DNA of 61,742 nt, counting the filler, from Sphacelaria rigidula (lineage: Eukaryota): the NCBI GenBank assembly GCA_964200075.2. It is 8 parts of 8 records of this genome, joined end to end, with 100 filler letters (N's around TTAATTAATTAA, not from the genome) between each part and the next. Parts side by side here need not be neighbours in the genome. Positions count along the whole stretch, not along the records: positions 30,925 to 38,554 come from CAXNAA020014027.1; positions 38,655 to 46,284 come from CAXNAA020014028.1; positions 46,385 to 54,013 come from CAXNAA020014029.1; 5 more parts are not named here. One strand, given 5' to 3'. The notes under the pieces are model-generated. The model saw nothing but the letters and a program-made list of their open reading frames with translations. It did no database searches and was not told the DNA's origin. Made by a program: the position numbers and the translations under genes. Shown here piece by piece: positions 34,282 to 46,605 of this stretch. Each line of letters starts with the position of its first letter. Positions within the stretch are counted from its first letter, which is position 1.

Positions 34282-35685
34282 TTCCCCTGTATGAGCCTCT
34301 TCGTACGTTTTTGACGGAAAGAGGTCTGTAGCGTTGACCTTTTCGCTGGCTAGCGGTGACGATCCCTATGCACCTTTGTCAGTGAGTCAGTGACATAACT
34401 TGTGCTTGTGTTGGGTTGCCAAGCCAACAATCTCCGCATAAAAGTTTCCCCTGTGTTTGTAAACTCTGCTTGCCAGTCAACCACTATTCTCCTTGTTCCC
34501 CATCAATTCTTCACAGCCTAGAAAGACGATAATAAACATTGGCAACAAGTGTACTGCGTACAGTATGGAATCTTTTTTTGTGTTTCGCAATAAACAAGAT
34601 AAGCCGTACTTTACGCAGGACACTTTTTGACAATGTAATCCGTTGTCTAGCGTGTGCAATTTTGCGACGTGATGACTACTGTAATGTGGTACTGTGTACT
34701 CAGAGCTGCGGGCGCCGCTCTGTGCACACGAGTGCTGTACTGCTGACTGTGTTTGGCGTGGAACTAGAGTTGAATAACACAAGAGCTGTGCGAGGTTACG
34801 GGACCACCGAAATATTAACGGATATACCTTGATCCGCCTTACTCTAACTTCATACCTGGGACAAGAATACCATAGCAACCACCTCCGTGTCTTTCAGATT
34901 TTCATGGCGTCTCCCCCAGAAGTTCTGCTACAGTACTGACTGTAAGGGGACCTTGCCCCTCGCCAGGGAGCTTTGGAGGGGTCCTTGGTAGGAGTCATCG
35001 TTCGCGCCAGAGGAGCTTAACGGCGAGCTGTCACGCGAGTTGGAGCGAGAACATTGAGCCCACCCAGTACCCCCAGATATATAACGGAGCCCAATCCACT
35101 CTCGTTCGTTTTGTTGCTTCGAGCGTTCATCCATGAGCCGGCCAAGCATCACGACACAGCTGGCGGGATCCGTTGCTGCCTCCCCAGCGGTTGGATATCG
35201 TGCCCTCTTGATGATTTTGATGAGACAATGAGTGCCAATTGAAGAAAAAAATGTCCATCCTGATGACCCATCGTTTCAACCCACGACGCCCTGAGCGCCT
35301 AGCGATATCGAACCTGTCGCTTCGACACCCACCTGTGGCATCATCCAACATATGCTCCAAATTTCAGCAGCACCAGCGTGACACACCATGACACAGGAGG
35401 TGCGCCTTGTCTCGACACCTACTCCTCCAAACACCGCCCCCATATTATCGAAGAGGAACAAGACGGGTTATTGGATTGTCCAACGCCTCACGAATTTCGA
35501 GTCGAATTAAACGGACTTGGGTTACAATCTACCCCATAGTTGGTATTACTCGATTTGAGTGTGAATAACGAGAATCAAATCTTGAGTGGGGCTTGACAGC
35601 CCCGTGTTCTCCAAGCGTGGGCAGAACGCCTTGTGGTCCAAATCCGCGCCACAGGCGCCGATGTGAGGTCTACCGACGCCACACT

Positions 35686-35768
35686 TTGCCTAGGGAACCC
35701 TATGCACCTCGCTTGCCCGAGGGGTCTCGGTATGTTTCGGGTTAGGGTTAGGGTTAGGGTCAGGGTTT
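35686..35768 (+). repeat. Dispersed repeat ending in interstitial (TTAGGG)n
   Basis: gggttagggttagggttagggtcagggtt at 35739-35767. The preceding tgcac...ttg.ccgaggg.tct motif recurs near 39055 and 39945-40003. Confidence 0.75.
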
Positions 35769-36326
35769 GAGATGGGTGTAAAACAGGACAAGCGTGAATA
35801 GACTGTAGCCAACTCCGGTCAACCCACCCTATTCTGCTCATCGGTGCGTCGGTGTTGTGCGTTTAGTCGAGACGGGGTCACAAACATGCGCTAGATTTGG
35901 CTGGCGGGGTGGAACTCAGTGCACGACCAAGGACACGTGTAGTTCGGTTCGGGGTTTCCAACTCGAGCGCTACTTCGAGGACGTGAAAAAAATGAGAAAA
36001 GCCATCGGTCCAGCGGACAAGTTCTTCGATCGAAGAGGCATATTGTACTTTCCGGTCGTTTCTTATCCCTGCACTTACGATCTGATGTTGAAACCTCCTG
36101 CGACCTTTGTGATATGGGCATGAAAACTTCTGACTGTATTTGTACCAGGTACTCCTCTCAGAGCCTGAAAACGTGAAGGGTCTTTTTCGGGCAGGCCAGC
36201 TCCACCTGAGAATGAGGAACATTTACGCAGCGAAGGTGGGCAAAAATATTGCAAACCGTTCTACACGTGTTACGTGACATGGTAGTATGTCGTTTTTTCC
36301 GGTACCCCAAGATGGTTGCTCTGTTT

Positions 36327-36686
36327 TGTGTGTGTTGTCGTCCCATCTATTCTGGAGGTTGATCTACACCTTTCGGTGTATGTGGGCGCACCAGCAGGGG
36401 TCACAAGGGAGAAAGGCCACCACGGGAGTTTCTTCTTTCTTGTTTTTTTTGGTTGTCCACCTTCCTTCTGTGCTTCTTGCCCTTATTTTGTATCGCGAGA
36501 GGGGTTCAGCAGTCCCTTTCCCTCGTCGACCATCAAGTAGAATTTTGTTTTACCCACGACATAGTCGCTCTCCACTGTCGGGCATGGTGTGAGAAAAAAA
36601 TCCAAGATCGCTCCGAGATTCGAACCCAGGACCCAACTGTCAGAAGGTTTCGAGGTTAGCAACTGAGCCACCAGGGGGCGACCGGC
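36327..36686 (-). mobile_element. Full-length tRNA-derived SINE
   Basis: Reverse-complement homologue of 32529-32889, with boxes A and B. Confidence 0.9.
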
Positions 36687-37009
36687 AGTGCTTCTACATG
36701 TTTTTATTACCCGGATTTTGACGTGTTCGTCGCGAGAATTTTTCACGAAGGCAAGGGCGTCAGTGCAGTGTTGGGTACTGCTAAAATTTCTGAAATCGAA
36801 GTCAATAATCGGTTCATCTGACGATTGAAGGTTGAAGTCAAGTGTTGTATTATTTTTTGTGGGGCTGTAAATGTCAAGCCTGGCCCAGCCCTCACCCTCG
36901 GGTAGTATGGACGAACGCATCTTCTCGTTGGTCCTAACCGAGCACTACTAACAATGTTTTCGTGACACTGAGAGTAGAGGATACGATTGTGAGGGAGAAG
37001 CCGCCCAAA

Positions 37010-37180
37010 GAATGAATGAATAGTTTCAATTCCGAAATGCTCCTCCACGAGGCCCGACACGCTTTCTGTAGTAGCTTGGCACCGAAGCTCTCTGGATTCT
37101 CTGTGTAGGATATCGACGTGTAGCTGTAAGCACACGCCGGTGTTACAGGCAAAGAAAAGCACACAGGACGAAGAGTTGTT
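37010..37180 (-). repeat. Unclassified dispersed repeat
   Basis: Reverse complement matches 55262-55432 (cgtgtgcttacagctacacgtc.atatccta...gtgccaagctactacag). Confidence 0.8.
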
Positions 37181-37328
37181 CACGTTAAAGCAAAAAGATA
37201 AAACCCACTCTCAATTAACGCTGTACGCTCAATCTCACGAAAATACTTGTTTCCTTTCAAGCCGTCCCGTTGGCCGCGAGATCCCTCATGGAGTGGCCGA
37301 ACGGTAACTTTTGTATTCTTAGCTACGG

Positions 37329-38554
37329 TACGAGCTGGGCCGGCCTAAATGCGGATTTAAGCTTTCGAAGCAATATCCTATCAACAAAGATGAGTTGGAC
37401 CGTGATTCGCATATTGTATCAATCGTCTGATCAAGAGGAAGGTGCCCATCCGCTCAAAAGCCTGTGCCGTTTTTTTCTTGTTGATTGAACCCTATGCCTA
37501 GTAATTCCTATACCGTACGGAGCTATCGTCCATACTAAAGTATAAATGAAACCCCGAACCGAACGACACATACAGCGGATTATGACGTTTTTTGGTGTTG
37601 ATATTCCCTGGAGCACGGGTAGACGAGAGATACCCTCACCTTCGCCTAATTCGCTACTCGTATCTATCTCGAGATATGGCGCACATAATATTCAATACTA
37701 AAATCAATATATTACGAGCAGAGGCACCAAGTGCACAAACCTGGATGTTGCGTCTCAGTTTTTGAGAGTTGTGCTGGAATTTTGTAAGGAGAATCGCTAG
37801 TACATAATGATTTTTTTTTTTTCCATTCTTTCGGTTTTTGAGGGGAGTTTTCAGGAAAATGGACGATGCTCTCGGACCTCATTTAATCTTTTTTAGCTCA
37901 ATTTGAAGAATTGTTATTCGAAAATTATCATGAAGAATCGCGAAGGTATACCCAAGAAAATGAACTGGGCCTTCATTTTTTTGGGGGGAGATATGCGCGT
38001 TCTCATGAAAATATGATCTTTACTACAATAAAACGTCCTAAACAGGTGGAAAAAAATACTTGACCGCAACCTTTCCACATGTGGGACAGATGAACTAACT
38101 CCCTATAGCTCGAGCTAGCTCTTTTGAGCGTAGCTCACTAGTGAGCTATGAGAGGTACATGAGCAACACATGTTTTTCCTGGGGTGAGCTACGAGAGTTG
38201 TACAAGCTGGTTCACGGGAAAAAAACCAAATTCTGTCATCAGCAAATGCCTTCTGCAATACGCACCCACCAGTCGCATACATGATATCATACTGACCGCA
38301 ATGAACAGACGAGAAGGGTGACATAGCCGGATTTTTTTTCAAGGCTATAGCGGTGGCGCTCTGGACAAAAATGTGTCTCGACCAATCAGCGCCTTTCAAA
38401 CTGTTCCGAAATTGAAAATACTAATTCCAAGCCCAATTTCACCGAATCTCCACATGCTTCAAATCGTAGTGACCGTCATCACCTCAAGAATCTAACGGGA
38501 GAAACGGATTTGAGAATGGTTCCAACGGGGTCGAATTATCCCCGAAACCGTAAT
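37329..38554 (+). mobile_element. TA-flanked non-autonomous TIR element modules (Tc1/mariner-like ends)
   Basis: 37329-38060 is homologous to 49088-49830, and 38201-38550 is homologous to 50431-50775. Modules start TA-CGAGCTGGGCC and TA-CAAGCTGGTTCAC. Confidence 0.8.
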
Positions 38555-38654
38555 NNNNNNNNNNNNNNNNNNNNNNNNNNNNNNNNNNNNNNNNNNNNTT
38601 AATTAATTAANNNNNNNNNNNNNNNNNNNNNNNNNNNNNNNNNNNNNNNNNNNN
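38555..38654. other. Artificial contig linker
   Basis: Same 100-bp linker. Contig 5 is 7630 bp. Confidence 0.98.
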
Positions 38655-38840
38655 CTAGACATGGGGTTTAATCAACGAGAAAATATGGGCCCAAACTTTT
38701 GAGTAGATGGACACCTTCCCCTTGATTTTTATTATGCCCCATGCATTATCCATCCCAAACTTCAAGGTTCTGACTCCAAATATTGGCCGGCGCATCCGCC
38801 TGCAAACTTTCATGCAGGCTCTAGGCTGGCCCAGCCTGTA
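38655..38840 (-). mobile_element. Right arm of a foldback MITE ending ...GGCTGGCCCAGCCTG-TA
   Basis: Reverse complement of the arm at 61675-61742 and 58473-58570. Confidence 0.8.
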
Positions 38841-39397
38841 GTTCGTCCAAGTTCGGCTTCGAATCAAATGTATGAATAAGTACCTGGTCTTACGAGCAAG
38901 CCATCATGTTCCGAACTGCACAGGGCTCACAGCTCTCAACCGCTCGCTCAGCGTGTGTTGTGTGCAGCGCGCGCAAAACGTATTCCGTCTCAAATTGACG
39001 TCTAAGGCGTCGATGTGAGCGAAAACAAAGCACACTTTGCGCAGTGTACTACTTAGTGCACGCTTCTTGCCCGAGGGTTCTCGGTCCAGGAAAATAACCC
39101 ATTAGTAGGATGAGCGAGTGCCCGCCGAGGCACTCGTGAATATCGCCATTGAATCTTTTCTCCCGAGGTAGCCATTAGGGCATGATACAGAAAATCTGCG
39201 TCTCTGTTAACCACCCGGCTTACGATCAATTCTTTCCCTACATATCGAGGGGGAAAATACACACTGCTTTGATGTGCCGCCGGCAAAAAAACTACGACAG
39301 CAACAGCACCTCCTTCAGCAGGAGGAAGCGGAGATCCACCGTCTTCGGCAGCATATGTTGCCGTACCATAATAGGCCACTACTACCGACAGACGTAC

Positions 39398-39637
39398 TCA
39401 ACAATGTCCCGTTTTCTGATTTCCTTCAATGGTGAAAAGACCGAAGTGCTTCTCCTGCGTTTCGCCCGTCTTGTTGCACTCGTCGTACAGCTCGAACAGA
39501 TAGATGTCCATGCGCCCCGGTCTCAGCGGCGTACCGTGCTCACTGGCCTTGACCACCCCTTCAGTGAATCTCCTTGAACTGGTAGGGTCTGCCATGTTGC
39601 TCCCCGCCGTCGGCCACCCTGTCTCTGTCACGACCAC
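39398..39637 (-). CDS. Glycoside hydrolase family 17 endo-1,3-beta-glucanase, terminal exon
   Basis: VVVTETGWPTAG (catalytic nucleophile Glu)...GTPLRPGRMDIYLFELYDECNKTGETQEKHFGLFTIEG. CAG acceptor, phase 0, TGA stop. Confidence 0.93.
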   Translation of the reverse strand: MVVTETGWPTAGSNMADPTSSRRFTEGVVKASEHGTPLRPGRMDIYLFELYDECNKTGETQEKHFGLFTIEGNQKTGHC

Positions 39638-41589
39638 CTGCAACCATCGTTGGTAGCAGCGCACAGATACACAGGCGACAACATTCCGCCCAGGAGCAAG
39701 AGACAAGGACAATCGAAGTTACAGTGGGATGGGACCCAAATAGAGTTTCCGCAGGTCGGCGCAAGTAAGCGATAGTTGATCATACTCTGTTTTTGAGTGC
39801 AAACTATCGTATTCGGATCTAGACAGGGCTCATAGCCCCAAGCGCTTGCTCAACGTGCGCACAGCATGCGCAGCACGCGTCCTGGGCAAACTTGGTACCT
39901 TATGCACCCATCCGAGCCAAAACCAAAGCATACCGGACCTTGCCTAGTGCACTCCATGCACTTTCCTTGTCCGAGGGTTCTAGGTCTGCCTTTGGTTAGG
40001 GTTGGCATTATGGTTCTGACAAACGACAATATGTCAACCATCGCTCATTGTCGCCGAGCCGGGGCAAAACTTCCTCATATTATCAGAGCGGATTACAGCA
40101 GGGGTTCCTTCATTCATACTTCATCTCGTCGTATTTCGAATGCAGCATATCCATCGCATGTTGCACGAGTTTCAACAGCAAAAAGTTGTAGGGACCCACC
40201 TACCCCTATACAAAAAAAAGTCGAATGGGATTGAGGATTGAGCAGCTAGAGAGTCGCTACACACATTTCCATCGAAGGCAACGTTGTACGATCGGTGGTG
40301 AAACTCACTGAGCCCATTGAGAACATATCTCGGTCCTTTTGTGATTCTAGTCCTTATACTTCCCCTGTGCCGCAACCAAAGTCTTATGCGGGGTAGAGAT
40401 CGCACCTTCCCGACATAGGTGCTCACGACCTTATAGACAGGTTTGTTGAACAGATAAAATCAAGAGATGCCCATTGGAGAAAAGAAAGGCCACACTTTCT
40501 GAGAAACTTTGGATGGAAATGTGGGGATTTTTCGGGAACTTTTTGGGAATCGGCGCGTCAGAGGGCAGGAACGTTGTAAAGAGCGGCAATATGACTAGGA
40601 GGCCTTCGCCAAGGCCTGGGACCATCTGTCTCTTTACAACGTCCAGTGATGGCGAGGACGACACACTGTTTGCTAACGTCACCCCCCCCCGCAGGAACAC
40701 GGGCGAAATGCCGCCATTTCGGTCGGACTGTCTTTTCCCGACCGTTGGTCCATGCAGGGCAATGCGCGAACAAGCCAAAAATTATCGTAAGAAGGGTGCC
40801 AGGATAATTATCGCCCGAGGCATCGGACGCGGCAAAGGGCCCGTGTAGGCGTGAAAGACTTCACTTACGACACAGAGAAGGTATGAAGAGGGCTACCACT
40901 CCGGAAGTTCCTGAGTTTCGTTTTCTGGTTAACCTCGGTATATTTTGAATTTTCGAACAAAAAATAGGCAGGAGAAAATATCCCTGATCGCAAAAATATG
41001 GTTCGTTGTGCTTCCGAGCATGCGAAATCATCCCAATGGATGAAGAAAGCGCGAAAAAATACAATCCTCATTGCTCGATGCTCAATTCCTCGAGTGTACT
41101 GATGTCAATAAACGTTGGCCTGTCATGAGTATTATAAGTGGCGGTGCCATTCGAATGGGAAAGTCGTCAATATGCAACCTGTCTCACTCCTTCGTTCGAG
41201 AGTTTCAGCCGGTCCACATCGTACGTGCGACGGCACCACTACATGTATTCTACGGGGGCGCCAGCAACGTTGCAGCGCAAAACCTCGACAGTTGAGACAA
41301 TATATACCACAAAATATACCATAGAATATGTGCGTTAAACATCTCGATAGTCGCGAGAATCCATTTCTTTCCCATGCGTACACGCACATGTCTTTCAGCG
41401 TCAGTTGGCATCTACCCTTACGTTGGGGTACGGGGCGATGATTCTCACAAAAGGCTGTGTGTAGGAGTAATCATGAGATGAAAAAATGAACACGTCATGT
41501 TCAACACTCGAACAAAACAAATCGCAAAAATGCAGAATTCAAGACGCAGCTTCGTCTCTCTCAAATTGCCCAGAGCAATAATAACGCAC

Positions 41590-41817
41590 CTCCATCCCGT
41601 CGGCCCCAGGAATCCCGAGCTTTGAAAGGGCCCGTACAACGGCGTCGTACTGCGCCGAAAACATATCGGTGTATCTCAGACCCTGATCCTCGTATCCAGG
41701 GTCAGGGCCGAACAGCACAAACGCCTCCGACGCGTGCTGCCTTGCGAAAAACGGGTACGCGTTGATGCAAAACGGTGATCCGTGTTTCACGCAGAACTTC
41801 ACTACCTCGGCTACCAC
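41590..41817 (-). CDS. GH17 endo-1,3-beta-glucanase, penultimate exon
   Basis: VVKFCVKHGSPFCINAYPFF...VLF..GYEDQGLRYTDMFSAQYDAVVRALSKLG. AAG acceptor, GTGCGT donor, 228 bp, phase 0/0. Joins directly to VVVTETGWP. Confidence 0.92.
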
Positions 41818-43029
41818 CTTCGGCCGTGTGATTTTGTTTGTTCGTTTTTTGTCGAAAGGGAAACGCAAACAATGGTTGGGGACACGGAGACGGGGACGGG
41901 GAGGAGAAGGGCGAGACGTGCGCGTTAGGAGCAGTCAGTTATTGCAGAGCATATGTGTGTTCAGATGATGTGGGTTGCTCAAGAAGAGCGAACGGGCAAC
42001 AGGGATCGAATCTTCCCCAAATTGCCGCCTTTTTTGGTGACGCCACGAACAGTAAGAGTCATCTGAATTTCAAAACCGCTCCTGGTTGTGTTGAGCAAAC
42101 TGGGTGTGAGGTCTCGCAACGTTTGAAAACGATTCTCGCCGGTTGCCCGATCGCTCCACTTCCCTCCAACCACGCGCAAACACCGATACCCGGCACTACT
42201 GTAGCCCATCTCCATATTGATATTTCGGGTACATAATGCCTGAACAATTGCACAGATATCGATATGCTACGAACCTGTGCGCATGGGGCGATATCGCAGA
42301 ACACTGGTCAGACGTGAACAAACCTTCCCCACGCAAGGTTTAGGCCGCCCCCCTATCTCTCTATTATTTATGCTTTTAAGCCCCTGTCTCCCTCGAGATT
42401 AGTCCTTAGTCTCAAGGGATCGACCCATCTCCCCCTCTCCCCGAGTACACGTCTTACACTTTGACACCGCGGATGGGGACAGCACTTCCATACAGCGTCG
42501 GCTATCGTTAAAAATACTTTATTTTGCAGCTCACATCCTCGCGTTCCGAGTGACGGAAATCGGACGGTTCTCTGAAATAAAACCAAGTTTGAGGGCACAG
42601 TACTTTACTGAAGTCACCCCAAGTCAGAGTATTGCATCTGGAGATTGTCGTGTGTCCTGCCGGTAATTTGGGCTCTGGATTATTGCCCGGGTACACACCG
42701 AGACAAGTGAGACATTCTCTATATATACTCTACAAATCCGGATAGCTTGCAGGTTACCTCGGAATTCTGTTTGTGTGGTTTCAGACGATACTCCATCAAT
42801 ATTTTTGAGATTTGAACACAAAAATAGACAGTTTTCCGGGCGTCGAATCCGCAATCCTTCGCCCTTAGTAGTACCAGTTTTACTCGTTGAACCACCGGGG
42901 CGAGGTGGGCACCAAAACTTCTCTGTACACGATACCCCTGCTACCTGATGCTACGACCATCCTCAAGTACATTTTGTTGTTGCTACACTCTCTGAAAGCT
43001 GAAGGTTCTTGACCCCTCCCCCCCCCGAG

Positions 43030-44498
43030 GGATAGCGAAAACTGGAAGAGCAACAACTAACAAGGGGTTCGACGCCAAATCCGAGGGTGAAACCAACGCA
43101 TGGGCAAAGGCAGATGTAGAGGCATTAAAATCTATGGAAGACAGCGATTCAAATTAATTGCAGAGAGAGTTCACAAGAGAGGAAGTAGAGGTGTGTAGCT
43201 AAACTTGAAAATAGAAAGCAGCCAAAGGAGTGAATGAATGTGTGAAGAACGGGTGGGGTGGAATGATTACTATGATGTTATGTTGTACACTTGGATCTGG
43301 GGAAACGAGTACACACCCAAGAGGTGGAGTTAAGAATTTGCAGTAAACGTTTCAAAGAAAGAACCCAATGCTGACCCAGGGAGCTATAGAGGGATAACGT
43401 TACAAAGCACCGTGGGAAAAATATTCTGTTAAGATCCCGAACGATAGAGTAGGAACGCTGCCGGAGAAAGAACAAGACATCGGGAGGCAAGCACGGTTGA
43501 GACCACCCCATAATTGCCTAGACTTTGTGTACATATTAGGTAAGATTATGCAAGGTAGGAAAACCGCCGGGCTGACAACATTCTGTTTATTTCTATGCGA
43601 ACACAAGGTCTGCGACACCGTATGGAGAAACGAGCTGTGGAAAAAGATGTGGGGAACTGGGATTCGAGAAGGGGATGCATAGATCAGTAAAAAAGATGAC
43701 AGAATGCGCGAGAAGTGCTATGGTGTTAGATGTTGGAATGTCGAAATATGTTCATATTTTACAATGAGTTCCACAAGGACGAACGTTGCCACCCACTTTA
43801 TTGCAAGTATTGGTCAATGACACGATCGTAGCGGTAAAAATAGCAAAGCAAGGAGTCAAGATGGGGGAAAACACGCTGTCTGGATTGATGTTCGCAGATG
43901 ATTTCGTGGGGATATCAGGAACAGCAGAAGGGTTGCAGAGTCAAATAGAGACGCCGCTAGAATACACGAGGAAATTGAGAGTTACAGCGAACGTAGGCAA
44001 ATGTGCGGTATTTCTGTGACGAAGAGATAAGGGCAACCCGGGGCACTTAAAATGGAAGTGGGGAGAGGAGGAATTGCCGATCGTAGACCAGGATACATGG
44101 CGTGACGTTGGGATACAGAAACACTGTTATTGAGATGCACGCATAAACAGAGTGATAAAAAAGGGTAAGGCACACAGATAGATAAGATGGACGCGATCCT
44201 AAGAGAGTCGCAGCTCGATACTTTGGGAAGAAGAAATATACTCTAGTGAATGTGATTGTACCGGAGCTGGAATATGCAGGAGAAGTATGGGAACGGAACG
44301 CGTAGTCGACGAAGAAGCTGGAAACCGTGCAAATGGCATTAGCGCAGGAAATACTTGGATGCTCAAACCGACGAGTAACACAGTATTGAGAGCAGAGTTG
44401 GGGATGAACACACTCAAAATCGAGACCCGAGAAATGAGATGACAATATAGCACAAGAAACATGTAGAGGAAGAGATTGCCAGCCACGCTTGACAGTGC
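43030..44498 (+). mobile_element. Decayed LINE reverse transcriptase (second family)
   Basis: DPGSYRGITL, CLDFVYILGKIMQGRK..TFCLFL, DTVWRNELWKKMW, VPQGRTLPPTL, GLMFADDFVGIS, ANVGKCAV. Many stops and frameshifts; 3' end cut by a SINE. Confidence 0.9.
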
Positions 44499-44697
44499 TG
44501 TGTGTGTGCCGTCATCTCATCTGTTCTGGGTGCCAGTTTACACATTTCGGTAAAGGTGGGGGCATCAGCCGGGGTCACACAGGAGGAAGGTCAACACAGG
44601 AGGGTTTTTCTTCTAGTACTCCGCCTTCCTGCTGCGGTGCTCGCCTTTACTTTTGAATCGCGAGAGGCGTTTAGCGGTCCCTTTCCCGCGTCGACCG
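44499..44697 (-). mobile_element. 5'-truncated SINE copy
   Basis: (TG)n tail plus body homologous to the other SINE copies; tRNA head absent. Confidence 0.8.
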
Positions 44698-44720
44698 TGA
44701 ATTCGTCTTTTTGTTTGGAA

Positions 44721-45689
44721 GATAGATTCCTCTGCTTTGCATAGCGCTTCCAATTTTATTTTCCTTCAATATGATGGAAAATGAGCATAATCGGCATACA
44801 CGTAGAAGGACGGGAAAAAACACTTAAAATTCATGAAGTATTAATCCACTGAAGCTCTCGCGTCTCGCACGCGTGAATAATATGCCGTCTATATGCATCA
44901 CACGAGCTCAGGTCAGGCGATGTTCTAACGAAAGAAGGAAAATGATCATCATCTCGTGATCGTGATAGTGAAGCGACGGTTCACAACTTCATTGACGCGA
45001 GAAAGCACGCGCTATTCTAATCGAGCATGCTAGGGTGGGAAACAAGCGGTACCGAGGCGGTAAAACAGCACGCGAACAGACCAGCGACTTCAAGGAGGGC
45101 GGCAATCACGCGCAAGGGGGTATGAGTATTGTCGCAGGTCGAAGCGTGGACCGCCTTCCGCACGAGAAGGAGAAGAAGCAATAGCAGCAGTATCAGCAGC
45201 ATCTTTACTGCCAGTAGATGTACGCGGCTGGGGGTGGGTCTGAATCAGCCGGTGCAGATACTGCTGCTGCTGCTGCTGCCGATTTTCTTCATGGCAGAGA
45301 CGGTCCGCCTTTCGATCGTGCTACAATGCCCACGCACCTGGCGCGTGATAGCCACCGTGCTGGACAGCGCTGGTCCGTACTACCCGCTCATGAGTCCATG
45401 CTTCCCCACTAGGCTAAGTGCTAGGAGATATAGCTGTGCGCATCTCTCTGTGCGAGCTGTGCACGTCGGGTGTGTCTCGCACGCGTGGCTACTGCTGGTG
45501 ATGGGAATAAAGCCAGCGTCCAATACAGGGGAAAACAATTGATACGTACTGTACTCGTACTGAAAATGCGATGTGGGTAACAACACGCAAACAGATCATA
45601 GTCGATTTCAAGTAGTAGGGAGGAGGCAATAACGCGCCAGGTGCATGGGTATTGTCGCACGCCGAAACGCGGACCGCCTCCCGCACGAG

Positions 45690-45728
<39 letters not shown>

Positions 45729-46213
45729 CAGCATCATCTTTATTGCCAGTAAATGTACGCGGCTGGGGGTGGGTCTAGATCAGCCGGTGCCGATGCTGCT
45801 GCTGCTGCTGCTCTTCATCGTAGACGGTCCGCGTTTCGACCGTGCGACAACACCCACGCACCTCACGAGAGATAGCCACCATGCTGGACAGTGCTGGTCC
45901 GTACTACCCGCCGATGGGTCTATGCTTCCTCACTTGGCTAAGTGCTGGGAGATATAGCTGTGCGCATCCCTCTATGGGAGATGCGTACGTCGAGTGTGTC
46001 TCGCACGCGCGGCTACTGCTGGTAATGGGAATTCTAAAAACACTGTTGGACTTCTGTATCGTGTACGCAGTACACTTCTTGTCATGTAGTCTACCGTCGG
46101 TTCTAAAATGGTTTGATAACACTGTTGGACTTTTGTACTGTATTCAGTGTAATACTCTGTACAATCTATGATACTGTAAAAATACGAAGTTTTCTGTCAC
46201 AGATTTCCTGTCA
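44721..46213. mobile_element. Composite element sharing end regions with 20862-22827; contains a duplicated foldback unit
   Basis: Shared ends as described for 20862-22827. The interior has two copies about 525 bp apart (about 45100-45506 and 45625-46030). Confidence 0.6.
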
Positions 46214-46284
46214 GGCCGCTTCCTATAATAGACAAAAATTAAAACCCAGAAAAATGTCTTTTTGGAGCTTTTACGTCGTTTTAC

Positions 46285-46384
46285 NNNNNNNNNNNNNNNN
46301 NNNNNNNNNNNNNNNNNNNNNNNNNNNNTTAATTAATTAANNNNNNNNNNNNNNNNNNNNNNNNNNNNNNNNNNNNNNNNNNNN
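46285..46384. other. Artificial contig linker
   Basis: Same 100-bp linker. Contig 6 is 7630 bp. Confidence 0.98.
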
Positions 46385-46429
46385 ACCTTTCCTAGGCAAA
46401 AAACGAGAAGGTATACCTTTTCTAGGCCA

Positions 46430-46605
46430 TTGCCCTAAAAATAATATGAAAAATATGATGTTAAAAATAAAAATACTGTTAAAAAAACTATTGCTAACAA
46501 AATTAAAATAATGATAAAACAAAAACAAAAATAATATTAATAATAACAAGAATGTTAAAAATAACAATAATAATAATAACAGCAACAACAACAACAACAA
46601 CGACA
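46430..46605. repeat. A-rich low-complexity (AAT/AAC)n tract
   Basis: Seen directly in the sequence. Confidence 0.85.

Noticed and set aside
35739..35767. True telomere
   Set aside because: Only about four units, internal to the contig and embedded in a dispersed repeat.
34899..36236. Downstream exons of the TPR gene
   Set aside because: Exon-like segments exist, but they contain stops in the required phase and lack the expected TPR3 pattern (AL..DP.N.KA..R.G.A).
478..41817. Polysaccharide-metabolism gene cluster (FGE, beta-helix protein, GH17)
   Set aside because: The genes lie on different contigs that were joined artificially by size.
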